NCBI GenBank assembly: GCA_950097015.1
Contig: CATNEN010000012.1
Span: forward strand, 1,984,001-2,048,000
DNA: 64,000 bases
Source: Macrostomum hystrix
Taxonomy: Eukaryota > Animalia > Platyhelminthes
Direction: 5' to 3'
The first letter of the stretch is position 1. Each line of letters opens with the position of its first letter. Shown piece after piece: positions 35,101-46,900 of the stretch. The notes beneath the pieces were generated by a model that was given only the letters and a program-made list of their open reading frames with translations, was not told the DNA's origin and searched no databases. Both the position numbers and the translations under genes were made by a program.

Positions 35101-37692
35101 CGGCTAGAACCTGACGAGCCTCAGCCAGACTCAGGCCGTCAAGTTGGCGCCCGTCGATTGCCAGCAGCCGGTCGCCGATAGCGATGCCACCGCCGCCGCC
35201 GTCGTTGTTGTCGTCTTCGTCAAATTCAACTGGCCTAGATCCTGGCTGGCGTTGAAGCACCCGCTTGACATAGAAGCCGGCGTCCAATTGAAACAGGTCG
35301 GCTGGCCGGGCGCCGTTAAGTCGCACGCTGACCGGATGAGTGCGCCAATGAATTCGTCGACGCCGAACAGTCAAGATGCAGCTGCCGCTTGACGAACCAC
35401 TGGCCTGCAGAGCGGCGTAGACTTCTTCGGCTGAGCGGCCGGTCATGTTGGCGCCGTTGACTCGGCAGATCTGATCGTTGACGCGCAGCCGGCCGTCAGC
35501 CTGACTGCCCGGGATGACGTTGAGCACGTACAGCGAGGCGTCGTTAACGGCCAGGGGCTGATGAGGACCTCCGGTGACCTGCGGGTGTCAATCATTGCGA
35601 GTCTTAATTAGTCATACAGTATTCGAATTAGTCATACAGTATTCTAATTAGTCATACAGTATTCGAATTAGTCATACAGTATTTTAATTAGTCATTCAGT
35701 ATTCTAATTAGTCATACAGTATTCGAATTAGTCATTCAGTATTCTAATTAGTCATTCAGTATTCTAATTAGTCATTAAGTATTTTAATTAGTCTTACAGT
35801 ATTTTAATGAGCCACAGAATAAGTTAATAATCACAGTCCCCATCGTGGCCCACCTGAAATCCCATGCTCTTTCCAATCGGACCGATGTCAACATCAACCA
35901 GACAATCCAAAGGTGTTAGCGAATCGCCAGCAGCAGAAGAAGAAGCGGTGGCGGCGGGAGCAGCAGCCGAGCTCAGCGCCTCCTGCAGCTGCCTGGCCAG
36001 GTGTCTCTTCTCAGTCTCCAGCTGGTCGCACCTGCGCATGATGTCGGCGTGCCTGGACACGGCCTGGTCCCGCTCGCTGCGCAGCTGTTCGCACAGATTG
36101 CGCAATGCCTCGCGCTCCTCCAAGGCGGCCGCTCGCTGTTGCAGTGCCCAATCGCGCTGCGACTGAGCGGTGGCCTGCAGCTGCCGCAGGTCGGCTGCCT
36201 CGTCTCGCAGGCGAACTAGTTCGGCTGCTGCCTCGCCGCCGGAGCCGCATCGCCTCTGGCGGCAGGCTTCCAGAGCTTCGTCCCGTTGAGCTTCAACGGC
36301 GCGCAGGCGATCTTCGGCTAGATCGCCGCGATTGGTTAATTGGCGAATCTCTTCGTGCACGTCGGCCCGTTCGGACATCACCTTGCGCCATTCGATGGAG
36401 ACGGCCTGGGAATTCTCCTGCTCGCGGTAGAGAGCCACGCGCAGGTCGCTCACCTGATTAGCGGGCAAGACATTGCTAGTCAGCAGCTCAGCAAACTATT
36501 GCCAGGTTAGATCAAAGAGAAATGTAGAAGGAAGGCCGTAAAGTCTCGTTACTTTTACCTTTCTGATTCTTTTGTACCAATTTCACAGATCTCACCTGCC
36601 AAGTTTGCTTTGTGCTTCTTGCCCTAGTGAAAGCTAACAGGGAAAGGTTAAAACGCAAAGCCTAGAGCTTTAGCTTTCTGACTGAGAGATTGGGAGTTCA
36701 ACGTCAACGTCAGCATCGGCTAGATATTCAGCGATTCTTGTCGAAGACCCTGGTGACAAGAACTAGTAACATTCCTCTGTATAAACTTAGCTGTAAAAAG
36801 GGTACCAGAATCAGCTCGGGTGCTCCACAGTCCACGGACTGAACAGCTGCCACTGGCTGTAGATCATGCCTATGTAAATATTCCAAAGGTTTTACAATTT
36901 TCGATACATATCGGCAATGTGTTCAACCCCGAAAACCCCCGTAAGCTTCAGTTGGGCCAAGAGCCCTCACCTGGCGCAGGAGAGCCAGTCGGTCGTCAGC
37001 CAGACTGCGCGCCTCGGCGGCCAGCTGGTCAAGCTGCAGCCGCAGGCCGGCTCTGTCCTGCTCGGAGGCACGCAAGGCGCTGCTGGCTTCGGCTTGCTTG
37101 CGATGCAAAGCGGCGCACATGGATTGCAGAGCCTCGCAGGACTGGCAGGCGCCGGACGACTGGGAGGCCGATGAGACGACGGCTGCTCCGGCCGGCATGG
37201 CGACGAAAACCCCTGTGGAGGAAGCAGCCGATGAAGTCGATGCCGGAGGTGGGGTAGGCTGCGCCTGGTGCAGAAGATGCTGGTGCTGCTGATGATGAAG
37301 CTGATGATGCATGGGATAGGCCAGAGAGGCTGGCGCGCGAGTTCCAGTGTAGACGTGATAATTTGAGTCGGAGCAGCCGATGCTTCCGCTGCTGCTACCC
37401 GCGACAGAGTGCTGTCTCTCGTGCTGCTGCTGTTGCTGGTGGTTTCTTAGAAACGCAATTTCAGCTGCAACGCAAAAAGAGAACTAAATATAAAGACAGA
37501 GGCAAAGGCAAAGTCAGAGAATGCAGTTTGCAACAATCTCGCTTATATACAGGCGAGCCTACACAGCGTGCATATTAAATAATATATATATATATATATA
37601 TATCCAGAGTTCCTTTCTCTTTTTCATCCATCCCCCCGTTTGCTAGCACTATCCGATCGACGGTTAACGGCGAAGCGTTAAGGATGAGGAAT

Positions 37693-37723
<31 letters not shown>

Positions 37724-37941
37724 AGAGAAAGAGCAGATATTATTAGGATGGTAAAGAATATACCGCTGCCATATACTATTATACCAGTTAGGGTCTGGTC
37801 TGGGTGGAGATAGTGTGAATAGATGCTTAGCCCTCCCTCCTATTTCTCTCCCGGACACTATTTAGTCCACCAGTGGGAGTCGGCTAAGCGAATAAGAGCC
37901 GAAGAGCTAAACGACTGGCCTAGAGCAGTTGAGAATGAGTA

Positions 37942-37984
<43 letters not shown>

Positions 37985-40900
37985 GGGTCCAGTATCGAAG
38001 GAATTTGGCAAAGCCGATCGAGGCCGGCAGTTAATTGAGCGGAATGAACAAAAAATCTAGACTTCGCGATTAGATTGGCTATAAGGGGAGAGGAGACAGA
38101 TTCTTCCCCAGTCCACCAGTGAGGCAGATGAGAACACTAAAAACCTCAATCTGATTTATAGAGAGGATACATTTTTGTTGCTGTTTTGATTGTCTTTTCA
38201 GATTGTCTTTCCCCAACTGCAGTTCAATAAATATGCGAGTGGCATACATGCGTTGACACAGATATTGCAGAAGACAGAAAATTGCTGCTTTCTCAATGCT
38301 GTTGTCTCCTTCAAGTAAAGAGAAAACCGTCACAGACAGCGCACCGGAGATCAAGCATTTCATTATCCCAGGCCATCAATCCTCAAAATACTTCCACCAT
38401 ATGATATGCATGCATATGCTTGAATTGGGACTTTGACCTTATGGGAACACCCACCCGATTTTAGGAATATGCTTGAATTGGGATCTTGGCCAGTTGGGAT
38501 TCTGGTTGAATTGGGATCTTGGTCAATTGGGATTTTTTTGAATTGGGATCTTGGCCAGTTGGGATTTTTGTGCAATTGGGATCTTGGCCAGTTGGGATTT
38601 TGGTTTAATTCAGGATCCTGGCCAGTTGGGATTTTGGTTTAATTCAGGATCTTGGCCAGTTGGGATTTTAGTTGAATTGGGATCTTGGCCAGTTGGGATT
38701 TTGGTTTAATTCAGGATCCTGGCCAGTTGGGATTTTGGTTTAATTCAGGATCTTGGCCAGTTGGGATTTTAGTTGAATTGGGATCTTGGCCAGTTGGGAT
38801 TTTGGTTTAATTCAGGATCTTGGCCAGTTGGGATTTTGGTTTAATTCAGGATCTTGGCCAGTTGGGATTTTGGTTGAATTGGGATCTTGGCCAGTTGGGA
38901 TTTTGGTTTAATTCAGGATCTTGGCCAGTTGGGATTTTGGTTGAATTGGGATCTTGGCCAGTTGGGATTTTTGTTCAATTGGGATCCTGGCCAGTTGAGA
39001 TTTTGGTTGAATTGGGATCTTGGCCAGTTGGGATTTTGGTTTTATTCAGGATTTTGGCCAGTTGGGATTTTGGTTTAATTGGGATCTTGGCCAGTTGGGA
39101 TTTTGGTTTAATTGGGATCTTGGCCAGTTGGGATTTTGGTTTTATTCAGGATCTTGGCCAGTTGGGATTTTGGTTTTATTCAGGATCTTGGCCAGTTGGG
39201 ATTTTGGTTTAATTGGGATCTTAAAGAGTTGGGATTTAAGATGAATCAGAATTCCTGAGACTTGTGATTCAACAGTTAGTACTTCGTTGAGTCGGGAGTA
39301 AAAACAAAAAACTGTACCTACTCTCGTATGCATGCTTGAAACTGAAAAATGCTGTTCTGTTTTCTCTACTTGGGCCCTAGATTTCCCGACGGGATAAGTG
39401 GTTACTTGGCGAAAAATATAATATTTTCTAATCCCAACTGTAGCCAGTGTCCTTGATTGGACAATTATAATCTCACTGGCGTGGCAACAAGAAAGCTCCT
39501 TGTTAAGCTCCAAACAGATGAGAACTAAAATCAATCTCGAGGCCTTAAATGGTTGCGACACCGAACATTTTTTATTAAAAGCTTCAACCATTTTTACTAT
39601 TAATTAAAGTCTTTCGTTAAGGCGGGAAATGTGCTTTGAAAAAGCAAATTATGTTCAAGTACAGTCGACTGTACTGTATTTAAAACTGAGCCGAGAATTT
39701 AAGTACAAGTATAAAAATACTTGCCTGTTTTGAAGCAGAAATTAAGGGCAAATTGCATAAAAAACAGCTTCTCAGACTGCACAGAAACCGTTAAAAATGG
39801 CATGTTGTCATGCTGTTAGACGTGCTGTTAATCTGTTAGACATTCTGTTAAACTGCTAGCTATGCTGTAAATCTTTTAGATAGACGTGCTGCTAATTCGT
39901 TAAACAGGCTGTAAGTCTGTTAGACAGGCTGTATATCTGCTAGACAGGCTGTATATTTGTTAGACAGGCTGTATATCTGTTAGATAGGCTGTATATCTGT
40001 TAGACAGGCTGTATATCTGTTAGACAGGCTGTATATCTGTTAGACAGGCTGTATATCTGTTAGACAGGCTGTATATCTGCTAGACAGGCTGTATATCTGC
40101 TAGACAGGCTGTATATCTGTTAGACAGGCTGTATATCTATTAGATAGGCTGTATATCTCTTAGACTTGCTGTAAGTCTACTTGTACGGACTAGAAGTACT
40201 AGAAGTCGAAACATTCGACTTGCAGTTCGGGATGTACAGGACTTGTGGTGCAATATAAAAGCAGCAACACAGAAATGTCAAACAGCAGTATAGATATTTA
40301 TGCGATTCTCCGCCCAAACAAAGAATGACTCGAATATATTAGAATGGCTATGGCTGGCTAAGGACAGACAAATCGATGATCCAGTCGCCAAGAACTCGGC
40401 CTCCGCCTAGTTGTCCAAGCATCAATCTGCACAACTGTGCTCGACTGAGAAATGACAGAAATGCTAACTATATAGCAGGCCCTCTCCATATCTAACCTCG
40501 GAACCTACAGAGTAGGAGAGCAAGCATTGGGAAACCACTGCCTTCCGCAACTAGCTCTCGCATCAAAGTGAAGGGATGAGATATAGAGTGGGCCGGATTG
40601 GTTCGATCGAACTAGGCGATTTTCGACCTCGCTTGAATACATAAAAACTGACACAGCTGGCGAGTTACAGCCCTAATTATCCAGCATTTTTCTATAATAT
40701 TTTTCATTACTGCTTTTTAACCGAATGAACGAATTAATTTATTATCCACTGCTAGCAAACTATTAACTAAATTTTACTTTCTACTGAGAAATCAGCTGAG
40801 AATTTCCATAAAAATCCATGGAAGAGATTCTATTGTAGTAAATCGCTCGGTGAACTGTCAGAGAATCCCAAGCGAGAATCCGACAGGGAATCCCCATGCT

Positions 40901-43900
40901 CGAACTAATTAGAGATCCTAAGGGAGAATCAATCAGAGAATCCCAAGCGAGAATCCAAAGCGAGAATCCAACACATAATTCCAAGCGAGAATCCATCATG
41001 GAATTCACATCGAGAATCCGTCATGGAATTCACATCGAGAATCCGTCATGGAATTCACATCGAGAATCCATCATGGAATTCACATCGAGAATCCATCAGG
41101 GAATCCACTTCGAGAATCCATCATGGAATTCACATCGAGAATCCATCAGGGAATCCACATCGAGAATCCATCATGGAATTCACATCGAGAATCTATCATG
41201 GAATTCACGTCGAGAATCCATCAGGGAATCCACATCGAGAATCCATCAGGGAATTCACATCGAGAATCCATCAGGGAATCCACATCGAGAATCCATCATG
41301 GAATTCACATCAAGAATCCATCAGGGAATCCACATCGAGAATACATCAGGGAATTCACATCGAGAATCCATCAGGGAATTCACATCGAGAATCCATCATG
41401 GAATTCACATCGAGAATACATCAGGGACTTCACATCGAGAATACATCAGGGAATCCACATCGAGAATACATCAGGGAATCCACATCGAGAATACATCAGG
41501 GAATTCACATCGAGAATCCATCAGGGAATTCACATCGAGAATCCATCATGGAATTCACATCGAGAATCCATCAGGGACTTCACATCGAGAATCCATCAGG
41601 GACTTCACATCGAGAATCCATCATGGAATTCACATCGAGAATCCATCAGGGACTTCACATCGAGAATCCATCAGGGACTTCACATCGAGAATCCATCAGG
41701 GACTTCACATCGAGAATCCATCAGGGACTTCACATCGAGAATCCATCAGGGACTTCATATCGAGAATCCATCAAGGAATTGACATCTATCGAGAATCCTT
41801 TAGAGAATCTAGGCTAGACTCGCTCAAGGAATTCTCATTGAGAATACATCATGGGAATTACCTCGGATAATCTAGTAGATAATCTCCCAGCTAGAAATAA
41901 CCAGAAAACTCCCATCAGAGAATCCAAACAGGGAATTCCCACTTAGAAATAACCAGAGAACTCCCATCAGAGAATCCAAACAGGGAATTCCCACTTAGAA
42001 ATAACCAGAGAACTCCCATCAGAGAATCCAAACAGGGAATTCCCACTTAGAAATAACCAGAGAACTCTCATCAGAGAATCCAAACAGGGAATACCCACTT
42101 AGAAATAACCACAGAACTCCCATCAGAGAATCCAAACAGGGAATTCCCACTTAGAAATAACCAGAGAACTCTCATCAGAGAATCCAAACAGGGAATTCCC
42201 ACTTAGAAATAACCAGAGAACTCTCATCAGAGAATCCAAACAAGGAATTCCCAACTAGAAATAACCAGAGAACTCTCATCAGAGAATCCAAACAGGGAAT
42301 TCCCACTTAGAAATAACCACAGAAATCCCATCAGAGAATCCAAACAAGGAATTCCCAACTAGAAATAACCAGAGAACTCTCATCAGAGAATCCAAACAAG
42401 GAATTCCCACCTAGAAATAACCACAGAATTTTCATCAGAGAATCCAAACAGGGAATTCCCACTTAGAAATAACCACAGAACTCCCATCAGAGAATCCAAA
42501 CAAGGAATTCCCACCTAGAATTGAAAAAACTTCCAAAAAGGAATTTAAGGCCTTTGAAAGCAACCTAGATACCGATATATCACACGTTAGAACAAGCAAG
42601 ATCAAAGTACTCACAACAGGAATTATCGGCCGCGGCGGCAGCAGCAGCAGCAGCAGCAGTCGCAGCTGCATAGGCATAAGAATTCATCAAAGTATGATCG
42701 GTGCAATACGAATACATAATTGATTTCTAGTTTCCAGTTTTCATGATCCAGAATCAAAACTAAAATCTGAGATCAATAAGATTGGAGACAGGGATTAAAA
42801 AACACAGTGAAGGTATTAGTTCGCGACAGAAGCTAGGTTTTATTAGTCACGCAGGCCATGGCGAGAGAGAGAGAGGTAAAGAAAGAGAAAGGATATAAGC
42901 AAAAATGCGCTCAGATTGAGCGTTAAATTAAAAAAATAAACGCACAGATCCAAGCCGGGCCTTACGCTGAGGGGAGAGGGACAGGGCGAGAGGTGCGGGG
43001 AGCGGCGAGAAGACGGACTCAGAAAGGTGGACGGGCCGAGGGAGGAAAGGAGAGGGTTAAGAGAGGACAAGCTGGCGACTAAGGGATTGCTAAGCTCAGA
43101 GCCCATAGGAGGAGAAGAAGAAAGCTGGCTAGAGCATTAGGGGCGGGTGAGGGGGAGATAAGGATGAGCTGGCGGCGGTGACAGTTGCGTGGTGGTGATT
43201 TTTTGTTCGGTGTCTCTCCGGCATCATATTCTGTCTGCTTGCTCTCTTTGTCTTCTATTAGCGGCCAAAGTCCGCCACTTTTCCCAACGAATTCCTCCCG
43301 TGGGAATGCGCCGACTTGAAAAACAAGTGAGCTGGACTCAAATAGAAAATGAGGCCGGAGCTTAGGTTGGACGGCTGAGAATAAGAGCAGGCAAGAAAGC
43401 AAGAGGCTGGAATTAATGGGTTAACAAACAGAATCTACCCTGTTTTGTGTAGAATTATAACTAATAGAGTTACTGTTTGATGGCGAATGCGGTCGTTTTT
43501 TATTATTCGTTTCTGATTTTCATCGAATTTACGAGTACGAGTCAAATTCAAAAGCGGCTTAGAACAGAAAAAACTATTCCAGAAAAATCTTTAAACATTC
43601 CCCGTGCATGACTCATTCGGTATTCAATAAAACTGGAATTCCCCGTGCATGACTCATTCGGTATTCAATAAAACTGGAATTCCCCGTGCATGACTCATTC
43701 GGTATTCAATAAAACTGGAATTCCCCGTGCATGACTCATTCGGTATTCAATAAAACTGGAATTCCCCGTGAATGACTCATTCGGTATTCAATAAAACTGG
43801 AATTCCCCGTGCATGACTCATTCGGTATTCAATAAAACTGGAATTCCCCGTGCATGACTCATTCGGTATTCAATAAAACTGGAATTCCCCGTGCATGACT

Positions 43901-46900
43901 CATTCGGTATGATCAGATCAATTCATTATTGAATAGGTAGTACTAGAGCTGTGCTATGCAATTCTACTGGAGTGGGCTAATGACCGATTCAGTGATTTAG
44001 AGTAAGATAATGACCGATTCTGTGATTTAGAGTGAGATAATGACCGATTCCATGATTTAGAGTGTGATAATGAATGATTCCATGATTTAGAGTGTGATAA
44101 TGACCGATTCCATGATTTAGAGTGTGATAATGACTGATTCCATGATTAAGAGTGGGATAATGACCGATTCCATGATTAAGAGTGGGATAATGACCGATTT
44201 CATGATTAAGAGTGGGATAATGACCGATTCTGTGATTAAGAGTGGGATAATGACCGATTCCATGATTTAGAGTGTGATAATGACCGATTCCATGATTAAG
44301 AGTGGGATAAGGACCGATTCCATGATTAAGAGTGGGATAATGACCGATTCCATGATTAAGAGTGGGATAATGACCGATTCCATGATTTAGAGTGTGATAA
44401 TGACCGATTCCATGATTAAGAGTGGGATAATGACCGATTCTGTGATTAAGAGTGGGATAATGACCGATTCCATGATTAAGAGTGGGATAATGACCGATTT
44501 CATGATTAAGAGTGGGATAATGACCGATTCTGTGATTAAGAGTGGGATGATGACCGATTCCATGATTAAGTTTGGGATAATGACCGATTCCATGATTAAG
44601 AGTGGGATAATGACCGATTCCATGATTAAGAGTGGGATAATGACCGATTCCATGATTAAGAGTGGGATAATGACCGATTCCATGATTAAGAGTGTGATAA
44701 TGACCGATTCCATGATTAAGAGTGGGATAATGACCGATTCTGTGATTAAGAGTGGGATAATGACCGATTGCATGATTAAGAGTGGGATAATGACCGATTC
44801 TGTGATTTAGAGTGGGCTTGTAACTAAATTGATATTCATATTTAATAGCTCAAATAGTAGAAATATAGGAAGTAGTCTGAGTCTCAGTTTGCGGATATAA
44901 ACAAGGCTTGAAACCAGGTGCGACTAGTGTTGTCACCTATCAAAAACCCGCTGACAGCATCTATCAATCAAGCTAGCTACTGTACAGAATGAAAAATAGT
45001 AATTGCATTGTAGAGAGGCCTAAAATTTGTATTGACGAATCGACAGAGCGGAAAGTAGGGAGCGATTGGCTAAATACTTTTAGCAGGCTGCTGAAGAATG
45101 CATCTATCATTCCTAAATGCATTTACTAATTTCTTTTCAAAGCTTCCTTCTCCGAACTTTAAAGAAGAACTTTGATTTCCGTCAGTTTTTTTCTCTCATC
45201 CAAAACGAAGATTTAGTTCGTTTAGTAAAAGTATGTAGAAATAGTTAATTTACTGGATAGATCCGTTGATTAGACCAAGCTAAGTTGGGCTAGAATGTAC
45301 AGCTGTTCAGTCCATGGACTGTGGGTGCCATTTCATTTTCAACAATAATTTTTCAACAAAAATTCATTTTGATTTTGATTTTTCAACAAAAGAGATCTCA
45401 ACACAATAACACTCACCAAGCTGAATCATCTCGTCTTTTTTAAAGTAGTGTTTCTCCTGAGCATTGTAGATCAAACAATGCTTTTGAAAAGTTTTACTAC
45501 TACTGCACTGACGACCGTAGCTATTTATAGACACTCACTAAACTGCTAGGAGTAAGTCTTTGCCGCCTTGTGACAGGTGGCAACAACACTGGTCACAGTT
45601 TTGCTTCCGATGCAAGGCTCGACCCAGTTGGCAGCCGTTTCAAAGCCAAGCGAAACGCTTTCATTGGACCGCATTGCAACCCGATCCTAATTGAATATAA
45701 ACTAAGCAGATCGGGGCCCTTTTGGAAAGGGCATCAGTGTTGTCCAGAATGAGGAACAACGGCATAGCAAGAAGGTATTGTTGCCGCAGCCGATATTCAC
45801 CTGGTTTCCTTTGTCGCAATTTGCCATTTGAATGCGTCAGCCAGATGCACTGCTAGAACACTATAATCAACTCCACTTTGTGTCCTTTCATTTCAACATG
45901 TGTCATTTCCCTAAAGCACAATGACAAGCTTGCTTTGCGTTGAAATATTTTAGAATGCCTTAGTTAATAAAATATGATAATGTGTTCAGTCTCAATCTAA
46001 GGGAGTCGAAATGTAGCAAATACAAGAAATAGAAGACTTAATTTAAGGGCTTGAGAATTCAGAGTGGGAGATTCAGAGTGGGAGATTCAGAGTGGGAGAT
46101 TCAGAGTGGGAGATTCAGAGTGGGAGATTCAGAGTGGGAGATTCAGAGTGGGAGATTCAGAGTGGGAGAGTCAGAGTGGGAGAGTCAGAGTGGGAGATTC
46201 AGAGTGGGGGGGGAGAGTCAGAGTGGGAGAGTCAGAGTGGGGGGGGAGAGTCCTAGTGGGGGGAGAGTCAGAGTGGGAGAGTCAGAATGGTAGATTCAGA
46301 GTGGGAGATTCAGAGTGGGGGAGAGTCATAGATGGAGAGTCAGAGTGAGAGAGTCAGAGTGGGAGTGGGAGAGTCAGAGTGGGGGTGGAGATTCAGAGTG
46401 GGAGAGTCAGAGTGGGAGAGTCAGAGTGGGGGGGAGAGTCAGAGTGGGAGAGTCAGAGTGGGAGAGTCAGAGCGGGAGAGGCAGAGTGGGAGATTCAGAG
46501 TGGGGGAGAGTCATAGATGGAGAGTCAGAGTGGGAGAGTCAGAGTGGGAGAGCCAGAGTGGGAGATTCAGAGTGGGGGAGAGTCATAGATGGAGAGTCAG
46601 AGTGGGAGAGTCAGAGTGGGAGAGTCAGAGTGGGGGTGGAGATTCAGAGTGGGAGAGTCAGAGTGGGGGGGAGAGTCAGAGTGGGAGAGTCAGAGTGGGA
46701 GAGTCAGAGTGGGAGAGTCAGAGTGGGGGTGGAGATTCAGAGTGGGAGAGTCAGAGTGGGGGGGGAGAGTCAGAGTGGGAGAGTCAGAGTGGGAGAGTCA
46801 GAGTGGGAGAGTCAGAGCGGGAGAGGCAGAGTGGGAGATTCAGAGTGGGGGAGAGTCATAGATGGAGAGTCAGAGTGGGAGAGTCAGAGTGGCAGAGTCA

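Noticed and set aside
36558-36640. Possible extra DLG5 exon ending CAG|GTGAG at 36596
   Set aside because: Available acceptors give 28 or 38 nt, breaking the phase 0-0 context
32218-37257. Plus-strand ORFs over DLG5 exons
   Set aside because: Antisense shadows of GC-rich coding sequence
39659-39674. Perfect 16-bp palindrome GTACAGTCGACTGTAC
   Set aside because: Isolated, with no associated element
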